64,000 nt of DNA from an uncultured virus (IMG/VR IMGVR_UViG_3300031111_000236) (taxonomy: Duplodnaviria; Heunggongvirae; Uroviricota; Caudoviricetes): IMG/VR virus record IMGVR_UViG_3300031111_000236; one strand, written 5' to 3'. Below the pieces are notes generated by a model. It did not search any database and was not told the origin of the DNA. It worked only from the letters and a program-made list of their open reading frames with translations. Made by a program: the position numbers and the translations under genes. This document shows positions 10,708 through 20,749 of this stretch, one piece after another. The first letter of the stretch is position 1, and each line of letters starts with the position of its first letter.

Positions 10708-10791
10708 TGTGGCCTTGGATATTGTCTTATAAGACTTTCGCCACACTTTTATATATATTAAGGATGATGATTATTCGTTAAGGTGAGTAGT

Positions 10792-13700
10792 ATGGTGAAA
10801 GGTAAGAAAAGGAAGGCAGGTAGAGGATTCCACTCTGACCCTATACGCCACGGCTTTTCATCCAGAAGTATTCGTCATAGCCATCAGTATGCTCATGACA
10901 CAGTTTTTAACGGCAAGCGTGTAAATGTTCCGAGCTTCGCTCTATCAGCGGCGGACCTTCTCGCTGTGGACCCCGACCTTCTCGAACGTGTCGAGAGGGG
11001 TGACGCTAACCTTGACGACCTCAGTCTGGAGGAGCAAGTTGCTATTGCTTCAGAACTGAAAGAGAGAATCAAGCACGGTGCTATGTCTCAAGAGGACAAA
11101 GAGCACTATATGGGTATCATCAACACGATAGTGAACCAGTACAGGTACGACGAGGATACTGGTGAACCTCTTGCCAACATATCCAGTGTGGGTATATACA
11201 CGATACCCGAGTACGGGCCTGTAACAATGTTCGACTCCAACGGTGAACCTGTGATTATCGGGACTCGTGTCCCGTATGAGACTATTTACAGGGGTCAAAA
11301 AAATACACGCTGGTCGAGAACTATAGATACGTCGTTCAATTATGAGAAGAACATAGACCTCATCATCAAGCTGGCCGAACTAAAGGAGAAGGTAAATGAG
11401 TCCAACCTTATGCGTGACTACAATAATGATACACCAGACGGTCTCGATAAGATGGACGAAACTCTTGCCAGGATACAGGCGAAACTAAGTGGTGTTAAGG
11501 GTAGGAGTGCAAGCACCGAACAGGTGATGCTGGACGATATTTCTCAGGACCTCTCCATCGACCAGAAGATGATACAGATTATCAAGGAAGGCAAAGGTCT
11601 CGAAGAGCTTGCTGAGATATCTGGGGAGGCTATAAACGTCGAGCAGGGTATATGGATTCACGGTGGTCAGATTATGCTTGGGAGAAGTCCCAAGGAAAAG
11701 GAATCCTTAGCGAGGGGGTTGGCTCTCCACGAGATAGGTCACTCTCTCTACACTCTCGACATGGAGTTCTTGTGGACAGACAAAATGAAGCAGATGGCTA
11801 AGGCTGGCTCGAATGAGGAGCGCATAGTTAACAACATGATAAACATATCAGAGGATGCCAGACTGACACGTAATCTTATTAAGACCGCTCGCAGACCGAG
11901 AGAGATAAACAAGGACCTTATGACTGTAGCTTATAGGGTTCACAACGTTGCTGGTCAGGGGTCAATAGATACTACTATGCGGTATATCAAGAACCGTCTC
12001 GAAAAGGACAAGGGCGACGCTAAAAACTTGTACGAGGACATGAACTTTCCAATCGGTATTATGAATATCATGGCTCACTTTAACGTTCCTCTGCCAGCAG
12101 AGCAAATGCAGAGCTTGGTGATATCTACTTATTACGACGGTACGCTCTCTGACGACATGGCACAGATAGAGGCCGACCTTGCGGCAGGTCTCAACACACC
12201 TCTTGTACAGAAGTATAACGAGGCATTAGCAGATGCACAATCTACACCGTTCTGGAGGTTCTGGTGGGAACGTGACACAATCACTGATGACGATATAGAA
12301 GGTAACCCGAGACCTGATGGGTGGGTGGCCTCTGACTACATCAGGGCTATGTATCAGGCCCCCTCAACTTATGCTTCTTATGTCCCTATGGAGAGGCTAC
12401 TTCATAGACTCTTTACGACCTATGCTGTCGCCGACCAGGTAAATCCTGAAGAGGCGAACGATACTGAGCAGGGTCAGGACCAACAGCAACAGCAAGGTCA
12501 AGAGGGTCAGAGTGGTCAGCAAGAACAACAGGGACAACAGGGACAACAGGGGCAAGGGGGTCAGCAGGGTCAGCAACAGCGGGGAGGTGATACTGGTGAG
12601 GGCGAAGGAGAAGGTAGTGGTGGGACTGGTCAGAGCCAAGAAGGAGAAGGCCCCGAGGGGGAGCAAAGAGAGGGAGAGGGCGGCGGAGATGGTCAAGACG
12701 GTCAGAAACAGGAAGGCTCTCAGAAGGGTGGTGGAGGCGAACAGGGAGAACAAGGCGAAGAGAGCGGTGAGAGTGGGGGCGGTGATAGTAGTGAAAGTGG
12801 AGAGGATGCTGATGGTCAAGAGGGTCAAGGTGGTGGAGACGGTAAAAAGGGTGACGGCGATAAGCAGGGTCAAGGTCAGGGTGGTCAGGGAGCTGGTGAC
12901 GACGGTCAACCTCTTAGCAACAGCACCATAGACCCGAACGCAGACCTCGATTTCAGTAAGGGTAAGCGAGACCTTGACAGGGAAGCAGAACAGAATCGCC
13001 AGGAGGAAGGTGGGGGCGGTAAGTCAGATGAATCGGGCGCACCAAAAGATGGGAAGGGAAGTGGTACTCCTGTCCCAAGTCCGAAGGATAGAACAGCGGA
13101 TGCTGGTGACCCAATAGACGACCTTCCTATGGGTGACATGGGTCAAGATAGTGGAGGAGATACGATTGGTAACGGTGGTGGTGGTAGCATAGATAAGACT
13201 GGCATGACCAAAGATGGTGGTGACCAGGACAAGTCCAACAAACCGCTCGGACGCTCTACGAACGGGAAGGCTCCAGAAACCAAACCTATGGACGAGCAGA
13301 AGAAGAAGGATATAGAAAACATTCTTAAGGACATGGGTAATGAGATAAACAAGGCTGTCAAAAAGGATAAAGGCAATCCGCTCGACGAGATTACAGCCGC
13401 TGATGATAAGAATCCTGATGGGTCCGACATAGAGAAGCCTGATATCCCTGGCGGTTCGGGTCGTGACCGTACCGAGGAGATAGAAAACCTTATAACACAG
13501 GCCGCCAAGCAGGACAAGCTCGAAGAGGAGTTCAAACAGAGAATCCCTAAGCTCGAAGAGCTACACAGAGGGAACGGGAATAGCAACCCTGTCGATGTCA
13601 GACTAAGTTCGAAGCATAAGTCGCAAGCTCGTAAGATAAGTAAGGCTATCATCAATAAGGTCGATAAGAAGCTGGAGGACGACTTCTCAGAGCCTGTAAA

Positions 13701-14439
13701 GAGGGGTACGAGAGTTGTATCGAGTAGAGTAGCTTCTATCGTCTACGATACACGAAATGCGAGGCCGTTCCAGAAGGTCACTTATCAGAAGAAAATGTTA
13801 CCTCCTGTTAACTTCTGGGTGGTGATAGACAGCTCTTGGTCTGTGGGTAACAAAGACTTCAGAGAGGAGGTGCTCGTGACCAAGGTATTGGACGACGCTA
13901 TCAAGAGAGTACATAAAGTGGTAGGTCCAGATATGTTCCCTGCCACTATAGTACCCATAGTATTCGGTATCAATGGACAGCGTGGCTCTGAAGCGCACCC
14001 TGTTGCCCTCTTGAGCACAAAGAGTGATACGATAGATAGACTCAGGGCGGCCACTCCGACGTATCAAACCCTGAAAATGATATCCGAGCGTGACAAGGCT
14101 ATACTGAAGCAGGTCAACCCGAGGGCTGACCCAAAGGCCAAAAATATCGTCTTCATCTTAACGGATGGTGAGCCTACTGATAACATGACAGCGGGTCCAG
14201 ACGGTAGATACAGTAAGATAGGCCCCCTCAAGGATAAGATGGAAAAGAACGGTAAGTGGAAGTTCATACCCCTCTGGCTGATGGAGAATAAGCAAGAAGT
14301 AGAGAGCAAGCCTCTTGACCAAACCTGGAGCAAGACTTTCCCAACCACTAAGAAGGTTGTGGCGAGTGAAGCTGGCGACCTTGTAGCTAAAGCTATCGTC
14401 AAGAAGATAAACGACGACATGAACAGGTACAGAGGTTAG
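10792..14439 (+). CDS. Large CobT-like VWA protein: RHG leader, HEXXH helical domain, G/Q/E-rich linker, C-terminal VWA
   Basis: LHEIGH...EDARL; MIDAS DSSWS...TPT...LTDGEP; ATG 10792 after GGTGA (ORF track start 10783). Confidence 0.8.
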   Translation: MVKGKKRKAGRGFHSDPIRHGFSSRSIRHSHQYAHDTVFNGKRVNVPSFALSAADLLAVDPDLLERVERGDANLDDLSLEEQVAIASELKERIKHGAMSQEDKEHYMGIINTIVNQYRYDEDTGEPLANISSVGIYTIPEYGPVTMFDSNGEPVIIGTRVPYETIYRGQKNTRWSRTIDTSFNYEKNIDLIIKLAELKEKVNESNLMRDYNNDTPDGLDKMDETLARIQAKLSGVKGRSASTEQVMLDDISQDLSIDQKMIQIIKEGKGLEELAEISGEAINVEQGIWIHGGQIMLGRSPKEKESLARGLALHEIGHSLYTLDMEFLWTDKMKQMAKAGSNEERIVNNMINISEDARLTRNLIKTARRPREINKDLMTVAYRVHNVAGQGSIDTTMRYIKNRLEKDKGDAKNLYEDMNFPIGIMNIMAHFNVPLPAEQMQSLVISTYYDGTLSDDMAQIEADLAAGLNTPLVQKYNEALADAQSTPFWRFWWERDTITDDDIEGNPRPDGWVASDYIRAMYQAPSTYASYVPMERLLHRLFTTYAVADQVNPEEANDTEQGQDQQQQQGQEGQSGQQEQQGQQGQQGQGGQQGQQQRGGDTGEGEGEGSGGTGQSQEGEGPEGEQREGEGGGDGQDGQKQEGSQKGGGGEQGEQGEESGESGGGDSSESGEDADGQEGQGGGDGKKGDGDKQGQGQGGQGAGDDGQPLSNSTIDPNADLDFSKGKRDLDREAEQNRQEEGGGGKSDESGAPKDGKGSGTPVPSPKDRTADAGDPIDDLPMGDMGQDSGGDTIGNGGGGSIDKTGMTKDGGDQDKSNKPLGRSTNGKAPETKPMDEQKKKDIENILKDMGNEINKAVKKDKGNPLDEITAADDKNPDGSDIEKPDIPGGSGRDRTEEIENLITQAAKQDKLEEEFKQRIPKLEELHRGNGNSNPVDVRLSSKHKSQARKISKAIINKVDKKLEDDFSEPVKRGTRVVSSRVASIVYDTRNARPFQKVTYQKKMLPPVNFWVVIDSSWSVGNKDFREEVLVTKVLDDAIKRVHKVVGPDMFPATIVPIVFGINGQRGSEAHPVALLSTKSDTIDRLRAATPTYQTLKMISERDKAILKQVNPRADPKAKNIVFILTDGEPTDNMTAGPDGRYSKIGPLKDKMEKNGKWKFIPLWLMENKQEVESKPLDQTWSKTFPTTKKVVASEAGDLVAKAIVKKINDDMNRYRG

Positions 14440-14442
14440 ACT

Positions 14443-15723
14443 ATGAGTAGGAAGCGTGTTGGTTGGCGGGGTGAGACAATAAGGCACGGTCTCGCATCGA
14501 GGGGTATACGCAACAGTACTCACGCATCTCGTGGGTTCCCTTACATCGACAGTATCGAGTATAACCCCTTCAGAATACAGAAGAGCTACGAGGCAACACG
14601 TATGCCTGACTGGAGACTTGCGAGCAGGGCTGGTGACTACATCGACCTTTCTGTTAAGGTTCCAGTAGGCCCCGATAGATTCTCGCACGTACAGACTATC
14701 ATAGCAAAGTTGAACAGTCTCCGTGAGAATATAGAACCTCAGCTCTACTTCCTACCGATGTATGAGCAGGACGAGAGAGACGCTATGGTACAGTACAGGA
14801 GGGCTCTCGAAAAGATAGCCGCTCTTGAGAGAGACGATAGGTCAATGCTACTCTCTGACATGGTGCTACTTGGTGGTACTAACATCATAATTGACATGGC
14901 TTACATAGTGCCTCGTGACCAGAGTGACCCCGAGAACTCGGACTTCCTCTTGGACGACGATGGGATAGCCGATGTGAGTGATTTCGTACTTACCAACCTT
15001 GTGAAGCTGGCAGGAGCCTATAACAAAGCGGGAGATGGTATGAAGCGTGTCCAGTACTACTTTGATAACGCTGGCTCTTTCTTAAGTCTTGCTAATTATG
15101 AGGACAACTATCGCTCACTTAGAAAGTCAGTACAGAAGGCGACTGGTAACGGTCTGTACGATACCAATCGTGCCGTCAAGGACATCAAGGTCTTGATAAA
15201 TGAGGGTTACATGAACCGCAGGGAAGACAACGGTAGGCTTGGTGGTATGGTATCACTTGAACGTGACAGTTTCCTGTTGCAGGATGCTATGGAGAGTGCG
15301 CCAGATTACGCTACTCACCTCTTGACATACGCATGGCATATGATGACACTCGACAATTCGAGTATATCTGGTCAGGCTATGTTAACTGAGCCAGAAGAGG
15401 ATATGCCTTTCTGGTTCGAACAAGTACAGGAGCTTCAGGAGTTACCCGAAGACGTTTTCAGGGAAAAGATGGCGAACGATGTACTCGCAACAGTGAGCAG
15501 GATACTTGAGCATAAGATGGCACATCCTGATGCGACTGCGAGGGAATATATGTTCGACCTCCCGAAGGTCATGGCTCTTTACATACTATTCATTTACGAC
15601 CATTCGTTCGAAGAGAAGAACGAGTGGCTTATCAGTCCGAAGCTGATGAGGAAGTACTTCCCACACACTTACAGCAAAGTGCTCGGGACCATAAATCGAG
15701 CCCTCGCCGAGAGAGAGACCTAA
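14443..15723 (+). CDS. Hypothetical helical protein with RHG leader
   Basis: GWRGETIRHGLASRGI at N-terminus. Confidence 0.75.
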   Translation: MSRKRVGWRGETIRHGLASRGIRNSTHASRGFPYIDSIEYNPFRIQKSYEATRMPDWRLASRAGDYIDLSVKVPVGPDRFSHVQTIIAKLNSLRENIEPQLYFLPMYEQDERDAMVQYRRALEKIAALERDDRSMLLSDMVLLGGTNIIIDMAYIVPRDQSDPENSDFLLDDDGIADVSDFVLTNLVKLAGAYNKAGDGMKRVQYYFDNAGSFLSLANYEDNYRSLRKSVQKATGNGLYDTNRAVKDIKVLINEGYMNRREDNGRLGGMVSLERDSFLLQDAMESAPDYATHLLTYAWHMMTLDNSSISGQAMLTEPEEDMPFWFEQVQELQELPEDVFREKMANDVLATVSRILEHKMAHPDATAREYMFDLPKVMALYILFIYDHSFEEKNEWLISPKLMRKYFPHTYSKVLGTINRALAERET

Positions 15724-15773
15724 TACGGAATCTTTAAATACCTTGGCGTAGAATCAGTAGAGAGGAGAAAATC

Positions 15774-16166
15774 ATGGGCGGCATGAACATCGTCGAAGAG
15801 AAAATCATGTTCATCGTAGGTATAGCCGTGGCCCTGATAATTCCTTTTGGCGTGACTATGTACTTCACGATGGACCCCGTTCTTGGCTTCAAGTTTGCCG
15901 CATATTCTCTCATACTTTTCTTGACACTACAGTTGTCGAGGATACCGTACTTCATCGGTACGATAATGTACCTGATAGTTCAGGTGATGAGTATTTACAC
16001 TCTACAACATTGGCTGAGGATGCCTACTAACATTCATTGGGATTTTGTGGACCTGCACATCAGTACGGGCCTCCTGCTCATGATGGTTATCTACTTGATA
16101 GCGGCGGCGATTCTCTCCTATTTCGAGACTAAGGGAGCCACCTATCACGACGGCTTCACGGATTAG
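15774..16166 (+). CDS. Small multi-TM membrane protein
   Basis: About 4 hydrophobic helices; TTTAAATA 15734 and GAGGAG SD. Confidence 0.65.
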   Translation: MGGMNIVEEKIMFIVGIAVALIIPFGVTMYFTMDPVLGFKFAAYSLILFLTLQLSRIPYFIGTIMYLIVQVMSIYTLQHWLRMPTNIHWDFVDLHISTGLLLMMVIYLIAAAILSYFETKGATYHDGFTD

Positions 16167-16242
16167 TCTATCTGGTCGTATTTTCTTTGTATATAAGGCT
16201 GAGTATCAACGTTTAAATACAAGTCCCTACATTGTCTATGTC

Positions 16243-17307
16243 ATGAAGAGGCAGTTCGCTCTTGGTTTCGTGTCACTCCTCGTGGTAGGACTATGCCTGG
16301 CCACGTATATCACTGCGATTGTGCCTCCACTTTCCTATGAACGCTCGTACCCTAAAGGGTATTCTACTGGTGACGGCGGACCTAACGATGTCGTGTCAAT
16401 TCGCCCACAGGTCAATGGGAATGAGGCCAACTTTACGATAACTTACGACATCTCAGAGAAGCTCGTTGTGGTCAACCAGAGTAATGTTCGCAACTTTTCG
16501 ATATATTGGGACCGTGCTATTGAGAAGGTCGCAGGAACGGACGCTCTTGACTACTATGCGGCCCTTCTATTCGATATCATGTATATCAGGGTGGAGGGCA
16601 CGCCTGGTGAGAAGAATATCACTATCTACAATGTCCCGAAGCGTGTTAAGTACGTCTCGGTTGACGGTGACTACATACCTTTCTACACAGGTCCTAATTG
16701 GGTTAAGGTCACAGGCGATAACGGATACTACAAGATTCAATTTGGGTCTTCGTCTGGTGTCTACGTTAACCCCGAGATAGACAGCGTGTCCTGGGTTCTC
16801 AAAAGTTCTTATGAGCGTACTGTTTGGATTGACCTTGACAAAGGTTGGAACCTCGTGTCACTACCTGTCTTGAATTTGACAAGTGAGGACCTCTTTGGTC
16901 AGTGTGAGTGTATCGGAGCGATAGCCTATCGTGGTGAGGACGGCTCTACACATCTCATTATCAGGGACTCTCAGGAGCGTGAGGAGCTTCTTCTAACGGG
17001 ACACGGTATCTACCTCTACTCTATGACTGACACGGCCTTCCCGTGGAAGGGAGACGTGATTTTCAGCGTTTCGTATACCCTGCACAAGGGGTGGAACCTC
17101 TTGATGACACCTTACGGGTACGATGAGAGCATAGTCGATGTCCTGAACAGTAATCCTCATGTAGACGCTATAGTTAGCAGGGACCCGAGTGGGCAGTACG
17201 ACTTCTACATGAGGGGCACGAGCCGTGTAGATGGTTTAATGGAGTACCCGAGCGGGTATTACGTGTACACCAAGCATGATAGCGTCCCAATGGACCTCGT
17301 GGTCTAA
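16243..17307 (+). CDS. Secreted protein with two GWNL repeats
   Basis: Signal/TM helix; KGWNLVS and KGWNLLM. Confidence 0.75.
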   Translation: MKRQFALGFVSLLVVGLCLATYITAIVPPLSYERSYPKGYSTGDGGPNDVVSIRPQVNGNEANFTITYDISEKLVVVNQSNVRNFSIYWDRAIEKVAGTDALDYYAALLFDIMYIRVEGTPGEKNITIYNVPKRVKYVSVDGDYIPFYTGPNWVKVTGDNGYYKIQFGSSSGVYVNPEIDSVSWVLKSSYERTVWIDLDKGWNLVSLPVLNLTSEDLFGQCECIGAIAYRGEDGSTHLIIRDSQEREELLLTGHGIYLYSMTDTAFPWKGDVIFSVSYTLHKGWNLLMTPYGYDESIVDVLNSNPHVDAIVSRDPSGQYDFYMRGTSRVDGLMEYPSGYYVYTKHDSVPMDLVV

Positions 17308-17369
17308 TTATCCTATATATACCTTACTCACAAAGGTTAATATATACATAGACAATGTGAACCCTTAGC

Positions 17370-20300
17370 ATGGACAGTGAAAAGTTCCTCGTAGCCTTGT
17401 TCGTCGTTCTTGGCTTTCTTGTTAGTAGCATGATACTCCCAGACCTGGGTGATGGTGCTACTGGTCTCTCAATCGGAGAGCATCACGAGGATGAAACTGG
17501 TCTTGTTGCGCTGTGGCACTGTGAAGCGGAGACAATTCTCAACGATACTGGTCCAAACGATATGGACGGTATACTCTACAATGTTCAGTATGTGGACGGT
17601 CAATTCCGTGATGGTATCTATTTTGACGGTACGACCTCTTATGTTCAAGTCCCATACGATAGCGCACTTATTCAGACGGGTAATTTCACTTGGGAGTGGT
17701 GGATGAAACCAGACGGCACAGAAAAAATGCTATTCTATTTAGAAGATTATCTGTATGTCGAACAAGCCGACCAAGACATTAAAATAAAAATTTGGGACGG
17801 CTCTTGGAAAGAAACAAAAGGTACAGGCGTTCTCCAATATGGTGTATGGCAAAAGATTACCTTTCAGTATATCGTGAACGGTGTTGGCGACTATGAAACC
17901 TTCCTCTATCGTAACGAAGTTGAAGTAGCCAACAAACAATTCTCAAGCCCTATTCTTGGTACTTCGACCTACGACCTCTATATTGGTTGTAAATACGAAA
18001 GTGGCGATGTTGCCAAATACTTCTACACAGGTGGTCTTGACGAGATAGCCATATTCTCTGGTACAGTCGCACCTGATAGAGTAACGGACATAGTGGTCAT
18101 ACCTACCGCCTATCCCATCTACGAGAACTATACGGCCAACTTCATAGTCTATACGTTCAATCAGTTTGGGCTTGTTGACGATTATGGCGACTACATCATC
18201 TATCACGATAACGGCTCAGGGTGGGTTGAGATAGACAGTGGTGAGTACTTGACAATGGACGGCATGGCCTTCATTGACTATGTGTTCAGTGACCTCGGGG
18301 ATTACATGGTCTATGTCAATGTCCACGAGGACATCGCCGTGAACGACAGCTTCGACTTCCCTCTCATCCCAGAGGAGTACGGGGTGTGCCAGGAGACCAT
18401 TATAATCAACAACCAGACCTACATCAACAACACCTATGTCTACAACACGACCAACGTGAATCAGACCTTCAACAATTACACTACGGTCACCTACAATGAG
18501 ACCCTCTTGAATATCACCTACCAGAATCAAACGCTGGTCAACATGACCAACCTCAACCAGACCTATTACGATACTGACTATTACAACACTACCAACACCA
18601 ACATATCGTACACCAATATCACGAACACTACGACCATCTATCAGTGGGACAACGATACCTTCGTGACCAACAACTACACGATAGACAATTCTACAACTTT
18701 TATGAATTACACTATCAACAACTACACTTTCGACAACGATACCTACAACAATTTCACCTGGCTCAACAGTACGACCATCGTTACTAACATCGACAACAGT
18801 ACTACCTTCAACGACACGTACATATCGAACTATTTGAATCAGACCTGGTACAACATGAGCTATGTCAATGACACTTACCTCTCGAATACCTTCCAGAACT
18901 GGACATGGCTCAATGAGACGTTTTATAACATCACAAATGAGTATCTCACTCTGAACAATTATACGAACGTGACGAACGAGTTTTTGAATCAGACGATATA
19001 CAATATCGCCAACGACTACCTGAACGCCACTTACTACAATATGACCTGGCTCAATCAAACTTTCCTCGACCAGACGTTTTTAAATCAGTCCTGGGTGAAC
19101 AACACCTACAATGATAACGATTACATCAACATCACCAACGTGGTAAATGACTACATCAACCAGACCTTCCTGAACCAGAGCTGGATAAACCAGAGCTTCT
19201 ACGATAGCCATGACAACTACACGTGGCTCAGCTACAATTACACGTACTTCAATACTACGACCTTGCAGACGTTCAATAACTGGCTGAACCAGACGTTCTA
19301 TAACGTAACGAACGACTATCTCAACGAGACCTACTACAATGACTATTTCATCACGAACACGTTCTTGAATCAGTCATGGGTGACTAACAATTTCCTGAAT
19401 CAGACCTTCCTGAATCAGACCTTCAACTACTTCAATATCACGTACCTGAACCAGACGTTCAATTATTACTATTACAACGTGACATACCTCAACGACACGT
19501 ATGTAAATGTAACCAACCTGACGCAGGTATTTAACAACCAGACATACATAAATAATACCTGTGTAACTAATCAATATGTCAATTATACAACTGTCAATAT
19601 TCAGTACAACAACGTGACCTGGGTAAACCATACCTACGTCACGAATCAGTTTATGAACGTCACCTATCAGAACGTAACATACGTTAACAATACCTATGTG
19701 ACTTATCAAAATGCAACCTACGTCAACTACACCAACACCACTAATAATTTCTACGATATTACCTACCTGAATCAGACTATATACATCAACAACACGTACA
19801 TAAACGTAACCAACATTACGATATACCAGAATATGTACACGACCCCATCAATGAAGGGTTTCGTACACACACCTCTCTATACCTACTCTGAGGTTCCCTT
19901 CTGGACAGGGTTTGAGCTGTTCTACTCTGGTGTGAATTATGCCTACGCTAAGGTGGAGTTGATAGATACCTTCGATGACTCATTGATAGACCAGCAGTTC
20001 ATGAACATGACAGTTTTCGATAACGAAACCATGAGACTGGATTGGGAGATGATTCTCCCGAGGACATCACGGAACGCTGACCTCTACACTGTCAGGGTCA
20101 CTGTCTATAATGTCAGCAACCCGATAGAGTCCAACGTCATAGGAACATGGGAGCGTCATATTGTATCGCTCGGGCCTTTCCTGGAGTCTTTCCGTGCTGG
20201 AGGTATCGGGGACCTCGAAGGGGATGTGGTCTTCAAGATGTCTTTCAAAGAGGGGTGGAACTTAGTTACCTTACCGTTCGATGTTGACGGTACATCGATG

Positions 20301-20711
20301 CAACAGTTCATGAGTGACTTCCAGCCTGTCAGTGCGATAGCGCAGAGACTCCCCGATGGCCAGTACGAGATGTACATCGATGGTACAAGTGACGACGCAC
20401 TGATGTTCAACGGTGTCGGATACTTCGTGTACGCAGAGGAGGACTTTATCATCGATTACTACCCCGAGGAGGCCGTGCTTGACTTCACTCTGCCGCTCAA
20501 AGAGGGATGGAACATGGTAGGCGTGCCCTTCGGCTACGCTCGGTACTTGTCTGATATGCCTGTCACAGACATCTCAGCCCTCGTGGAACGAGACACCTAC
20601 GGTCACTATCACTTCTACCTTATCTGCGAGAACGACGATGTTTTCATGGCCTATGGTAGAGGGTACTACATCTACTCTGAGATAGACCAAACCATCACGA
20701 TATCATACTGA
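17370..20711 (+). CDS. Large surface glycoprotein: LamG/concanavalin-like domain, Asn/Thr-rich stalk, two GWNL repeats
   Basis: GLVALWH...GIYFDGTTSYV...FTWEWWMKP...LYIG...YTGGLDEIAIF; long NxT-rich region; EGWNLVT, EGWNMVG. Confidence 0.85.
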   Translation: MDSEKFLVALFVVLGFLVSSMILPDLGDGATGLSIGEHHEDETGLVALWHCEAETILNDTGPNDMDGILYNVQYVDGQFRDGIYFDGTTSYVQVPYDSALIQTGNFTWEWWMKPDGTEKMLFYLEDYLYVEQADQDIKIKIWDGSWKETKGTGVLQYGVWQKITFQYIVNGVGDYETFLYRNEVEVANKQFSSPILGTSTYDLYIGCKYESGDVAKYFYTGGLDEIAIFSGTVAPDRVTDIVVIPTAYPIYENYTANFIVYTFNQFGLVDDYGDYIIYHDNGSGWVEIDSGEYLTMDGMAFIDYVFSDLGDYMVYVNVHEDIAVNDSFDFPLIPEEYGVCQETIIINNQTYINNTYVYNTTNVNQTFNNYTTVTYNETLLNITYQNQTLVNMTNLNQTYYDTDYYNTTNTNISYTNITNTTTIYQWDNDTFVTNNYTIDNSTTFMNYTINNYTFDNDTYNNFTWLNSTTIVTNIDNSTTFNDTYISNYLNQTWYNMSYVNDTYLSNTFQNWTWLNETFYNITNEYLTLNNYTNVTNEFLNQTIYNIANDYLNATYYNMTWLNQTFLDQTFLNQSWVNNTYNDNDYINITNVVNDYINQTFLNQSWINQSFYDSHDNYTWLSYNYTYFNTTTLQTFNNWLNQTFYNVTNDYLNETYYNDYFITNTFLNQSWVTNNFLNQTFLNQTFNYFNITYLNQTFNYYYYNVTYLNDTYVNVTNLTQVFNNQTYINNTCVTNQYVNYTTVNIQYNNVTWVNHTYVTNQFMNVTYQNVTYVNNTYVTYQNATYVNYTNTTNNFYDITYLNQTIYINNTYINVTNITIYQNMYTTPSMKGFVHTPLYTYSEVPFWTGFELFYSGVNYAYAKVELIDTFDDSLIDQQFMNMTVFDNETMRLDWEMILPRTSRNADLYTVRVTVYNVSNPIESNVIGTWERHIVSLGPFLESFRAGGIGDLEGDVVFKMSFKEGWNLVTLPFDVDGTSMQQFMSDFQPVSAIAQRLPDGQYEMYIDGTSDDALMFNGVGYFVYAEEDFIIDYYPEEAVLDFTLPLKEGWNMVGVPFGYARYLSDMPVTDISALVERDTYGHYHFYLICENDDVFMAYGRGYYIYSEIDQTITISY

Positions 20712-20749
20712 CGAAATCTTTAAGTACCTGTTTACCTGATACCAATACA

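Noticed and set aside
12470..12910. G/Q/E-rich stretch as a DNA tandem repeat or collagen
   Set aside because: Low-complexity protein linker with no exact nucleotide period or Gly-X-Y register
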